From contig JBJTQJ010000112.1 of NCBI GenBank assembly GCA_046075565.1, positions 1 through 64,000 of the forward strand: 64,000 bases of DNA, written 5' to 3'. Source of the stretch: Verrucomicrobiales bacterium. GTDB taxonomy: Bacteria; Verrucomicrobiota; Verrucomicrobiia; Verrucomicrobiales; SLCJ01. Below the pieces are notes generated by a model, which did not search any database, was not told the DNA's origin, and was given only the letters and a program-made list of their open reading frames with translations. Each line of letters opens with the position of its first letter. The first letter of the stretch is position 1. Shown here piece by piece: positions 52,817-61,660 of this stretch. The translations under genes were made by a program, and so were the position numbers.

Positions 52817-54231
52817 AAAAGACCTGGTGCCATGGTCCGTTGGACCGCACGGGTGAACCCATGCGCCTCTTTGTTGGTGCACCGGTCTCTTGTTGCACCG
52901 ATACCGCTACCGAGGTCCACTATCTGCTCCGCCTGGGATCGGATGAGGTGTCGGCCCGGATTCTCGATACACTGAGTTTTCGAATCAACCGGGCCATTCA
53001 ATCTTCGCTCATTGGGATAGAACCTGCCATGGCAGCGTTGTTGCCCTTTGCCATGGCCCGCCACTGGGATCTGGTGGCTGAGGCATCGGCTGCCACCGGG
53101 TTTGCGGAGGTTTTGGAAGAATATGCCCTAATCTCCGATGCGTGGCTCGAAGATTGGAGAAAACCCCGGATTGAGATGCACACGGAAAGCGAACCACAAA
53201 TCCTTCCGCAGGGACGAGGCGAAGCAGCGTTTTTTTCGGGTGGTGTGGACTCGTTTTACACGCTCGTGGCACGACAGGGACAACTCGCCGACGTCGTTTT
53301 CCTGACGGGTTTTGACATCGAACCCGTCATGACCGCTCATTCCCGTCTGGCTGATAAAGCCATCCATGCCGCCGCCCGGATGTTCGGGGTTGGTGTGGTG
53401 CACGTTGAGACCAACGTGCGAGCGCTGCGCCACTATGCATTGGATTGGGTTTACATGGGTGGTGCGGTGCTTGCCGGCACCGCGCTTTTACTACGTGGAT
53501 TGTATCAACGCGTGCATGTGGCCAGCGACTCGACATGGAAAGGGTGTCTGCCGGCCCATGAGCATCCGGTGATGCACAACCTCTGGAGGCTTCCCGGATT
53601 CCGTATGCGTTGTGACATGGTGTCCATTCCGAGGGTCGAGCGGGTGCGGCTCCTTGGAATGGCCATGCCCGGGGCCCTGGCCCATTTGCGAGTCTGTTGG
53701 GATATGCTCCCATTTCATCTGAACTGCGGGAAATGCGAAAAATGCCAACGCACCTTGGCGGCTCTGGAAGTATTCGGATTCCGGCAGCAGGCCGCACCTG
53801 CTTTCGAGTCCTCCGACCTCGACTGGGAAATGATTTCTTCTCTCCGGCCGGATTCCATGCGCCGCCCTTACTGGCAGGAAATCACCGATGCGGCGCGCCA
53901 ACTTGGCCGGAGAGATATTTCGGATCCACTCGACGAAATGCTCAAGGCTTCGGAGGTCAAGGAGGTGCTTGAGCTGCTGGAGCCTCTTCGCAAGGAGTTG
54001 ATTGGCACCACGGCATGGAAAAAGAAAGATCCACGGATCCGGGACCGATTCTTTGACGCGCTATTCCAACTGGACCCCGGATGGTTCTGGCAGAAGCTGC
54101 GCCGTCACCGCGACGAGTGGCGACATCCGCTAAAAGCCCAGTTGCGCAGTCTGGGTCATGCGGGATGGGCGGAATTGGCGCGGTTGCGCCTCAGGCGGTT
54201 CTTCAATCGCCCGGATTCCAACGAAGGATGA
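52813..54231 (+). CDS. QueC-like PP-loop/Cys4 protein P2 (function unknown)
   Basis: FFSGGVDS, GFDI, TNVR, LRVCW..NCGKCEKCQRT; ATGA overlap with the P1 stop (alternative start 52861). Confidence 0.75.
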   Translation: MKKTWCHGPLDRTGEPMRLFVGAPVSCCTDTATEVHYLLRLGSDEVSARILDTLSFRINRAIQSSLIGIEPAMAALLPFAMARHWDLVAEASAATGFAEVLEEYALISDAWLEDWRKPRIEMHTESEPQILPQGRGEAAFFSGGVDSFYTLVARQGQLADVVFLTGFDIEPVMTAHSRLADKAIHAAARMFGVGVVHVETNVRALRHYALDWVYMGGAVLAGTALLLRGLYQRVHVASDSTWKGCLPAHEHPVMHNLWRLPGFRMRCDMVSIPRVERVRLLGMAMPGALAHLRVCWDMLPFHLNCGKCEKCQRTLAALEVFGFRQQAAPAFESSDLDWEMISSLRPDSMRRPYWQEITDAARQLGRRDISDPLDEMLKASEVKEVLELLEPLRKELIGTTAWKKKDPRIRDRFFDALFQLDPGWFWQKLRRHRDEWRHPLKAQLRSLGHAGWAELARLRLRRFFNRPDSNEG

Positions 54232-54241
54232 GCGACTTGGA

Positions 54242-54911
54242 TCAACCGTCCTTACTACGGTCACTCCAGAGCGCCGGGAACAACCGGTGCTGCAACCGTC
54301 CCAGCAATTTTTCGACCGGAAAACCCTGCAAGCCGACGGCATCCGATCCAAGCAACCTCTGGATGATGAGGAAGTGGGTGTGCCGCCATTCCGCGATGCG
54401 CTGATCGATATCGAGCATACGTTCAATCATGGCATGGAATTGCGGATGGGCATGGCGCTCCGCGGTCACATCGCCGACACTGATGGAACTTTGGTCCAAG
54501 GCCGCCGTGAGTTTGTCCGACAGCAACGTCGCGACTTCGTGGATGCGATTGAACCCCGGAGAGTCGAATCCACTGCCATTTCCCAATTGCGGCCGGAAGG
54601 CGTGGTAATCCGATGGGGCCCATGGCCGTGCATTGGCCAACGCAGCCCATGGCGTCGTCGGCTTTCTCCAGAAACCTGCAGGCCTCCCCATACTGACCAT
54701 CGACAATCTGCTCCGCCGCACCTTCGATTTCCCATGCCACATGCTTCAGCCAAAGTTCCGTGCTTTGATGCGCGGTCTGGAAAAGCAATTCATCACGATG
54801 GGTCAGCTCGCCGGGCCTTTTCTGCAAGGCAAGCAACTCATCGGTCCGCAGATAGCGTTCGTAGTCGGTGCGGGCCGTTCCGGGAAGCATGGGAGCAGGA
54901 GACTGGTGCAT
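54242..54911 (-). pseudogene. tryptophan 2,3-dioxygenase-family gene, frameshifted
   Basis: YERYLRTDELLALQ, DELLFQTAHQSTELWLK in one frame; YHAFRPQLGNGSGFDSPGF, WRHTH, FPALW in another; shift near 54620. Confidence 0.8.
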
Positions 54912-55066
54912 GGGCGCGGGTAACGTAGTTGAGGTCCTCAGTGGTGCCTGCTGAGAGCCGGGGCAAATCCGATTTGCTATCCTTTGGGCCGGCGTCTTGC
55001 AAATAATGGATTGACCACGCGGGTTCTTGACGGCGAAAGTCGGGCTCGTTGAGCAATCCCGAGATC

Positions 55067-56317
55067 ATGGCAGCCCACTTTCATCTCTCCCTGCTTGAAA
55101 CGGATGACTCCTCCGGGCCGGTTATTGGTCGGGCGGAAATCTGGCAGTCGCCTGAGGATGGTGCAGGAACCAGGGAGCCGGTGGCAGATTTGGTTTTCGA
55201 AGTGAATGGTGTCGGAAGTGTGAAATCGGATCTCGCGGCGTTTTTTCCCCTGGCTTTGCTACTGGCGATGCGCGCGGGCAAGAATTTGAAAGTTCATGGC
55301 AGTCTTCCTTCTCGATGGGAGAGCGACTGCCAACGCTTCCAGGAAATTGCCATCGCTTGTTTGCCCGGATGTTCATTGGTGGCGGTTGATGCCCAGTGGG
55401 ATAGGAAACCGCGTGGAACCGGGCTTTCCGGAGAAGGGATACTCTTTTCAGCGGACCTAGACTCAATCTCCGCCCTGCATCAAATCTCCCCGAGTCATCT
55501 CATCCATATCGGGTCCTCCACCGGAGCAGAGAAACTGGAAACGTTCATGCGGAACGTCGCCGACCGATTGAGCGCGCACCTAGTGACCGTGGTCCCGAGA
55601 ATCACTCTTCACGGCCATCATTCGTTCCATCTCGATGATGTTCCGGCGCTGATGGTAGCGGCTGTCGCGAATCTGCTGTCGGAAAGTCTTGGGAAAATCA
55701 CCTGGCCTTCGCCACGGAATTGGAATTCGCCACCAAGAGGCGGAGATCATTTCGCCCTGACCGAATGTTTTTTGCCGGAAGGAAACGTGCTGCAATTTTC
55801 CGGCCGTGGGCTTACGGCGATGGAAAAATGGACCCAAGCCGCGACGATTCCCTGGGCAGGCGAGTTTCTTCAGGTTTGTGAGCGCCAGACGGACGATGGA
55901 ATCCCATGCGGGACGTGTCCGTCTTGTTTGCGCACTCGCATCGCCCTTTATGCGCTGGGAGAGGAAACGGAATGGCCAAGGCTTGTAAAATGCGGGCCCA
56001 TGAATGCCGAGTTGGTGTCCGCCTGTGTCGAATGTGATCGGGAATTGTGCGAGGAAGCGCTCGCCGTGATCAAGCAACGCGACGAGACTTCGGAGGTTGC
56101 GGCTTGGCTTGATGAATCCCTGCGGCGTGATCGTCTTGATAATTGGGCGCGTCGGCTCGGCGAAGTCGGGAGGGAGGCGATAGACACACCGGCTTGGACA
56201 AAACTGTCCCGCCGATTGTTGCCGCAAGTGTTGGCAACGGCAGCGCGGGTGGATTCAACCTGGCTATTGACCCTCGCGGACCAGTATCAATGCACGGGAG
56301 GCTCCTCCGATGACTGA
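55067..56317 (+). CDS. degenerate QueC-like paralog P3 (PP-loop altered, Cys4 kept)
   Basis: FSADLDS in place of FSGGVDS; LQVC..PCGTCPSCLRT. Confidence 0.65.
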   Translation: MAAHFHLSLLETDDSSGPVIGRAEIWQSPEDGAGTREPVADLVFEVNGVGSVKSDLAAFFPLALLLAMRAGKNLKVHGSLPSRWESDCQRFQEIAIACLPGCSLVAVDAQWDRKPRGTGLSGEGILFSADLDSISALHQISPSHLIHIGSSTGAEKLETFMRNVADRLSAHLVTVVPRITLHGHHSFHLDDVPALMVAAVANLLSESLGKITWPSPRNWNSPPRGGDHFALTECFLPEGNVLQFSGRGLTAMEKWTQAATIPWAGEFLQVCERQTDDGIPCGTCPSCLRTRIALYALGEETEWPRLVKCGPMNAELVSACVECDRELCEEALAVIKQRDETSEVAAWLDESLRRDRLDNWARRLGEVGREAIDTPAWTKLSRRLLPQVLATAARVDSTWLLTLADQYQCTGGSSDD

Positions 56318-57629
56318 AACCAAAGTCCAGCCAGTCGTGCGGGTGCCGGTGCCCGTTGTCCGCCAGATGGCGGGAAACACCCGCGTTGATTTCACCTACA
56401 CGGGCGCTTTGGGGGATGGTGTCTTCAGAGTTGAGATCAACCGGCATCTGGAAATCGAATCCGCCGCGCTCGGGGCGGCGTGCGCCGCGTTGTTTTTGCT
56501 CCCGTCCATGACGATTGGAGCCCGTCTGGAACTCGAGGCTCCGCTAGATCCTGCGCTGTGGGAAAATCTCGAAGTCTTGAGGGAGATCTTCCGCACCTGG
56601 TATCCGGACAAGTTCGAGCGGTCTGGCTCGGTTGTGGCCACCGCCGCGATGCGTCGCGAGTGGCACTCATACCGCCGGGGAATTTTCTTTTCCGGTGGCG
56701 TGGACTCAACCTATTCTGTGCTTCGACACCGTGCACCCATTTCAGAACTAGTCTTTGTCGTCGGCTTTGATATCGCTCATGGGAATAATGAACTGGCCAA
56801 AGGTGTGACTTCGAGCCTCCGGGACGCGGCCAAGCGCTTTGATTTGCCGATGATGGAGATTCTCACGGATCTCCGGGATTTCAGCGATCGGCATGTCCAC
56901 TGGGGAAGCCACTATTGCGGAGCCGCCATGGCGGGCGTGGCGCACTTGCTTGCGGCCTCCTTCGGCGAAATGATTGTGCCGGGCAGCGTGACATGGAAGG
57001 ATTCGGGGGCTTTCGGAACCCATCCGTTCATCGATGAAAGATGGTCATCCCCATGGCTGCGAATCCATCATGATTCTTGTGATATGGATCGCCTCGAGAA
57101 AATCCGTACCATCGTCGAGAACGTGGATGCCCTGCGCCATCTGCGCGTTTGCTGGAGGAATCCCGACAACAGCTACAACTGCTGCCATTGTGAAAAGTGT
57201 CTGAGAGCCATCGCCAATCTTCGGGCGTTGGGGGCACTCGAACACGCGACGACATTTCCCCGGCTGCCGGAAATTGCCGAGCTCCGCTCCCTCGAGATCG
57301 ACCATGAGCTGGTGGTTCCATTCATCGAGCAGACGATTCATGAAGCAAGACTTGCGGGGGATGAAGAACTCGCCGAAGCACTTGATCTCGCGATTGCCAG
57401 CCATCGTGTGGCCATACTGGGAAAACTGCCCAAGGAACTCCTCGCGGAGCTTCCGAATTCCCGAGTCTGGCGGGAAGAAGTCTTTTCATTGATGCGCGCT
57501 TCGATCGTGGAGGCGGCCTATGCCGCGGACCCCGAATGGACCAGGGCCAAGATCCTCAATCGCCTCCCTGCGGAAGCACGGCAGTCGAGGCAACGGATCG
57601 CGAAGCGCCCGTGGTGGAAGCTTTGGTGA
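56310..57629 (+). CDS. QueC-like PP-loop/Cys4 protein P4
   Basis: FFSGGVDS, GFDI, TDLR, GTHP, LRVCW..NCCHCEKCLRA. Confidence 0.78.
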   Translation: MTETKVQPVVRVPVPVVRQMAGNTRVDFTYTGALGDGVFRVEINRHLEIESAALGAACAALFLLPSMTIGARLELEAPLDPALWENLEVLREIFRTWYPDKFERSGSVVATAAMRREWHSYRRGIFFSGGVDSTYSVLRHRAPISELVFVVGFDIAHGNNELAKGVTSSLRDAAKRFDLPMMEILTDLRDFSDRHVHWGSHYCGAAMAGVAHLLAASFGEMIVPGSVTWKDSGAFGTHPFIDERWSSPWLRIHHDSCDMDRLEKIRTIVENVDALRHLRVCWRNPDNSYNCCHCEKCLRAIANLRALGALEHATTFPRLPEIAELRSLEIDHELVVPFIEQTIHEARLAGDEELAEALDLAIASHRVAILGKLPKELLAELPNSRVWREEVFSLMRASIVEAAYAADPEWTRAKILNRLPAEARQSRQRIAKRPWWKLW

Positions 57630-57648
57630 CAAATACTGAGAACAGCGA

Positions 57649-58905
57649 ATGACACGGAAAAACACCATTCTCATCTTCGGCGGCACCACCCACCAGAATC
57701 GCGGGGATCTGGCCATGCATGCGGGTTTTCTCCAGTGGCTGCGGAACGCACGACCGGATCTTGAGCCGCTTTTTCTCGCCAACAATCCAGAGCACACCGC
57801 CGAAGTGCTTGGAGTCACCAGCATCCGATCTCCGGATGCGGCACTTGCACAGCCATGGAACAAAGAGACCCGGATGAGCACGCGGCAAAGGATTCGGTCG
57901 TATGCCAGGGGTTTCAGGTTCGTGCTTCGTCCCGAGGGGTTGCGTGAACATTTTCAGAGGGCGGTCGCCGCGTTTATTCCGGGCAGCGGATCGATGAACA
58001 GTCTGTGGTGGCACGACTGGTTGCATGTGAAGGCTTGGGAGGCCTTGGCCGCCCGTCGCGCCGGCATTCCGGTCTTTGCGACCAGCCAAGGTGTGGGGCC
58101 GGAGTTCACGCATCCTCTCGATGCCCGTGCGGCCCGGATGATGTTCAATGCTTGTGAAGTGGTGGGTGTGCGCGATGGCGAAGCTTCTGCTGGGATCCTG
58201 CGTTCCTGTGGAGTGAACGCCGGTAAAATCGCGCATACCGGTGATGATGCGCTTCTGCTCCGGCCGGATCAAGAGGGTGGCAACCGTCTGCTTGGCGGAT
58301 TCGGAGCGGGTCATCCGCTGGTGGCCTTGAATTTGCGTGATGCCTCCAGTTACGGAAAGAAGTATCCCAAACCGGATTTTGAATTCTGGTCCAACCTGCT
58401 TCGCGATCTGGCCGCTTTGCCATCCTCTCCACACTTCCTGTTCCTGCCGGTTAGCTACGATCCGATGGATGACGACCGGCGTCCGGCGAGATCCCTAATT
58501 GACTCGTTGGTGGCAACCGGTATCCCTTCATCGAGGTTTTTCGCGGTGGAAGAAAGCGTCGATGCCCGGGTGCTGCTGGCTCTGGCCGCACGTGCCGCGG
58601 TCGGAGTTGGCATCTCCTATCATTTTCTTCTTTTTTGCCTGCATGCCGGTGTGCCCGCCTTCGGGCTTTGGCAGAACCCGTATTACAAGGCGAAAATCGA
58701 AGGACTGATGGCGCTTTATCAGTGTCCGCAGCATGCTCATGCGTTGGCCGAAATCTCCCCCGCCATGTTATCCCTGCGGGTGCGGGAAGCGCTGGCGGAT
58801 CGTGCCGCCCACGTTTATCATCTGGAAGCTGTCTCACGCCATCTGCAATCCGTCGCCGAACAAACCCGGGCCCGTATCCTCGAATGTTTTCCCCCACCAC
58901 CATGA
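57649..58905 (+). CDS. polysaccharide pyruvyl transferase family protein
   Basis: NRGDLAM, SQGVGP, VGVRD..S, TGDD, SYH, YY..KI. Confidence 0.8.
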   Translation: MTRKNTILIFGGTTHQNRGDLAMHAGFLQWLRNARPDLEPLFLANNPEHTAEVLGVTSIRSPDAALAQPWNKETRMSTRQRIRSYARGFRFVLRPEGLREHFQRAVAAFIPGSGSMNSLWWHDWLHVKAWEALAARRAGIPVFATSQGVGPEFTHPLDARAARMMFNACEVVGVRDGEASAGILRSCGVNAGKIAHTGDDALLLRPDQEGGNRLLGGFGAGHPLVALNLRDASSYGKKYPKPDFEFWSNLLRDLAALPSSPHFLFLPVSYDPMDDDRRPARSLIDSLVATGIPSSRFFAVEESVDARVLLALAARAAVGVGISYHFLLFCLHAGVPAFGLWQNPYYKAKIEGLMALYQCPQHAHALAEISPAMLSLRVREALADRAAHVYHLEAVSRHLQSVAEQTRARILECFPPPP

Positions 58906-59822
58906 GCCAGCCGCAGACATCGTCGCAAACCCCGGTCGCCGCCGTGGATATCATCATGCGGACCAAGAATCGCATGAGTCTGCTTCCCCGTGCGATTGCG
59001 AGCGTGCGCGCCCAAACCTTCACCGACTGGAACCTGATCCTCGTTGACTCCGGGGACCACGCGGCAACCACGGATTGGCTGGCGGCAAATCCAGGTCTGG
59101 CAGGCGAGCGCCTGCTCCATCTACCGATCACGGCGGGGCCAAAGATGGGTGAGCTTTCGAATATCGGGATCCGGCATGGTTCCGCACCTCTGGTTGTATT
59201 GCTCGACGATGACGACACATGGAGTCCGGACTTTCTCGCTTTGACCTGTTCGGTCCTGCAATCCCGGCACGGTGATACATCTTGCCGCGGAGTCGTGACT
59301 CGCACCACGATCGTGTATGAAGAATGGCAGGGAGGGCAATGGTTGGAAACAAGGGTGGAGGAACTCAATCCGAAATTGACCCGTGTCACTTTGCCCTTGC
59401 TCGCGGCGGTCAACCGGTTCACGACCAATTCGTTTGTCTATGAACGTGCAGCATGGGAAGACCTCGGCGGATATGATGCGGTCATGCCCGTGCTCGATGA
59501 CTGGGATTTCAATCTCCGCTTTTTGTTAAGGTGGGACATCGCCTGTGTGCCATCGGCACATGCGTTCTGGCATCGTCGGCCGGCGACCGGGGCTGAGACC
59601 GACAACACCGACGCTGCCGACCACGAATTCGAAACTGCGGCTTACATCAACCGCCATATCCGGGCCGGACTCGCTTCCCCCTTGGCCGCCCTTTTTCATG
59701 CGGGAGAATTACACCGTCTCGAGATGGAGCGCCAGGCACAAATGTTTGCCAAGATCAGATCCATGAGCGACAAAGTGGGCAAGATCGACAGCCGAACCAG
59801 AAAACAATCGTCCGACAAATGA
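58902..59822 (+). CDS. glycosyltransferase family 2
   Basis: IIMRTKNR, LILVD, LLDDDDTW, LDDWDFNLR; ATGA overlap with the upstream gene. Confidence 0.85.
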   Translation: MSQPQTSSQTPVAAVDIIMRTKNRMSLLPRAIASVRAQTFTDWNLILVDSGDHAATTDWLAANPGLAGERLLHLPITAGPKMGELSNIGIRHGSAPLVVLLDDDDTWSPDFLALTCSVLQSRHGDTSCRGVVTRTTIVYEEWQGGQWLETRVEELNPKLTRVTLPLLAAVNRFTTNSFVYERAAWEDLGGYDAVMPVLDDWDFNLRFLLRWDIACVPSAHAFWHRRPATGAETDNTDAADHEFETAAYINRHIRAGLASPLAALFHAGELHRLEMERQAQMFAKIRSMSDKVGKIDSRTRKQSSDK

Positions 59823-59832
59823 GCGGGCACCA

Positions 59833-61651
59833 TTACCGCCAGAGTGCGTCTTCAATGGCGGCGACCGATTGTCCATCGATATAGTGTCGCATCCAGATTT
59901 CCGAACTGATCAACCGGAAAGCACCGCGGCCTCGTCCCGGTTCGAGCCATTTGGTGAGGAGACGTGGTTTGGCGACTTTGAATTGCTCGCGCAGCATGGA
60001 ATCGATCAGGAATTCCGGCTTGGCGTGTTCGCCGAAGAATGGATTCGAATCCAAGCTGAAGCCAAGTTTGCGCGGGCGGTCGGCCACTTCTGCCGGCATC
60101 CAGCGCCGGGCCACTTCCTTGAGTCCCCTTTGATCGTCGGCCAGAGATGGCCTTCCATCGGAGAACTCAGGCAGAACCGGACCATCTCCAAATCGAGGAA
60201 TGGCTCGCGGGCCTCGACGCTGTGCGCCATCGACCATGCGTCCAGTTGTCGGAGTCCGCGATAAAGGTGTGTCTTGCATTCCAGCGCTGCGGATTGAATC
60301 ATCTCACCGCGGGCTGGCGGCAGATGCGCGGTAGCCGCCGTCAGGTCGGCGCGGAGCGTTCCGATGTAGCTCTCTTCCGAAGCAAGGGGCTCCGCTTGCC
60401 CGACCACCCGCCAGAGCTCTGCTTCCATGGGCCAGCGTCCCTCATCATAGGTGTCCTGGGGCGCTGCTCTCCCGATTTCCTTGAAGAATGCCGCGCGGGC
60501 GGCCATGTGTTTGAAATCATAACCACCGCAGATTTCATCGGCGCCTTCGCCGCCTAACAACACCTTGCGCCCATCCGCCGCAACCGCTGCCGCCAACTCC
60601 ATGCCGGCCACGGCGCTCTCATACCAGATTGGTGCCCCGAGCCCGCAGGCAATTTTAACGTAGCTTTCCCGCCACCGCTTGGCGGTCATGGGGACATGGT
60701 GGAGACGGACCCCGGCTTGGTTGGCCACCAGTTCTGCGTAATGGCTTTCATCCCAGGTGGATTGCTCTACGTGAAACATGGTGAAAGCCTCTACCTCCGG
60801 ATGCAGGCGGGCTAGCATGGCCGTGACGAGGGATGAATCAATTCCCCCGGAGCAGAGGGTCGCGGCCGGAACTTCCGCAAGCATGCGGCGCTCAATTGAC
60901 GCGAGCATCGTTTTCTCCAACATGTCCACTCTCTCCTTGTCGGAAACCCCGGCCAACTCATCACGGAGTGCCGGGTCCATGCTATCGGACAACTGGACCC
61001 AGTTGTGCCGCTCCGCCAAGCCCCGGCCGGTGTCGATCACCAGCATTTCCCCTGGCAAAAGCACTTCCACACCTTCGAGGCAGGTTTCCGGTCCATAGAC
61101 CCAGAAACGGGCGAGGTGGCCGTGAAGGACGGGCGCATTCAGACGCCTCGCGACGCCCGCCGCGATCATCGCCTTCATCTCGCTGGCAAAACACCAGCCA
61201 TTGCCCAGCCGCGCCCACAGCAGGGGTTTCACCCCGAAACGGTCTCTGACCAGGTAAACCCGTCCGGTGGCCCGGTCATGGGCCGCAAAGACGAAAAATC
61301 CGTTCAACTCCCGAAGGATGCCGAAGCCTGTCGTGGCAATGGCATGGAGTAAGGTTTCGGTATCGGAGTTGCCTCGCCATGAATGTCCCGGGAAGCGATG
61401 GCGGAGTTCCATGTGGTTGAAGACTTCACCGTTATAACAAATGGACCAACGCCCATCCGGATGGACCATCGGTTGGTGGCCGGTTTCTCCCAGTCCGACG
61501 ATTGCCAAACGCCGGTGAGCCAGTCCCACTAGATCGTGGACCAAGATTCCTTCATCGTCGGGCCCGCGATGGGTCAAGACCGCCGCCATGGCGGCAAGGG
61601 TTTCTGGATCGGGGGTTGAATCCGTAGATATGATGGAGCGATACCACACAT
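59833..61651 (-). pseudogene. asnB: AsnB-type glutamine amidotransferase with two frameshifts
   Basis: MCGIA start at 61651 is out of frame with HRGPD/HRRLAI/NGE/SGGIDS/GEGADE/REPFLD; the C-terminal RKLGF segment lies in another frame (shift near 60125). Confidence 0.8.
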
Positions 61652-61660
61652 GATAATGGG

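Noticed and set aside
59833-61651. Lasso peptide cyclase / RiPP cluster
   Set aside because: The gene retains MCG and a full glutaminase domain, and no B1/B2 proteins or precursor peptide were seen.
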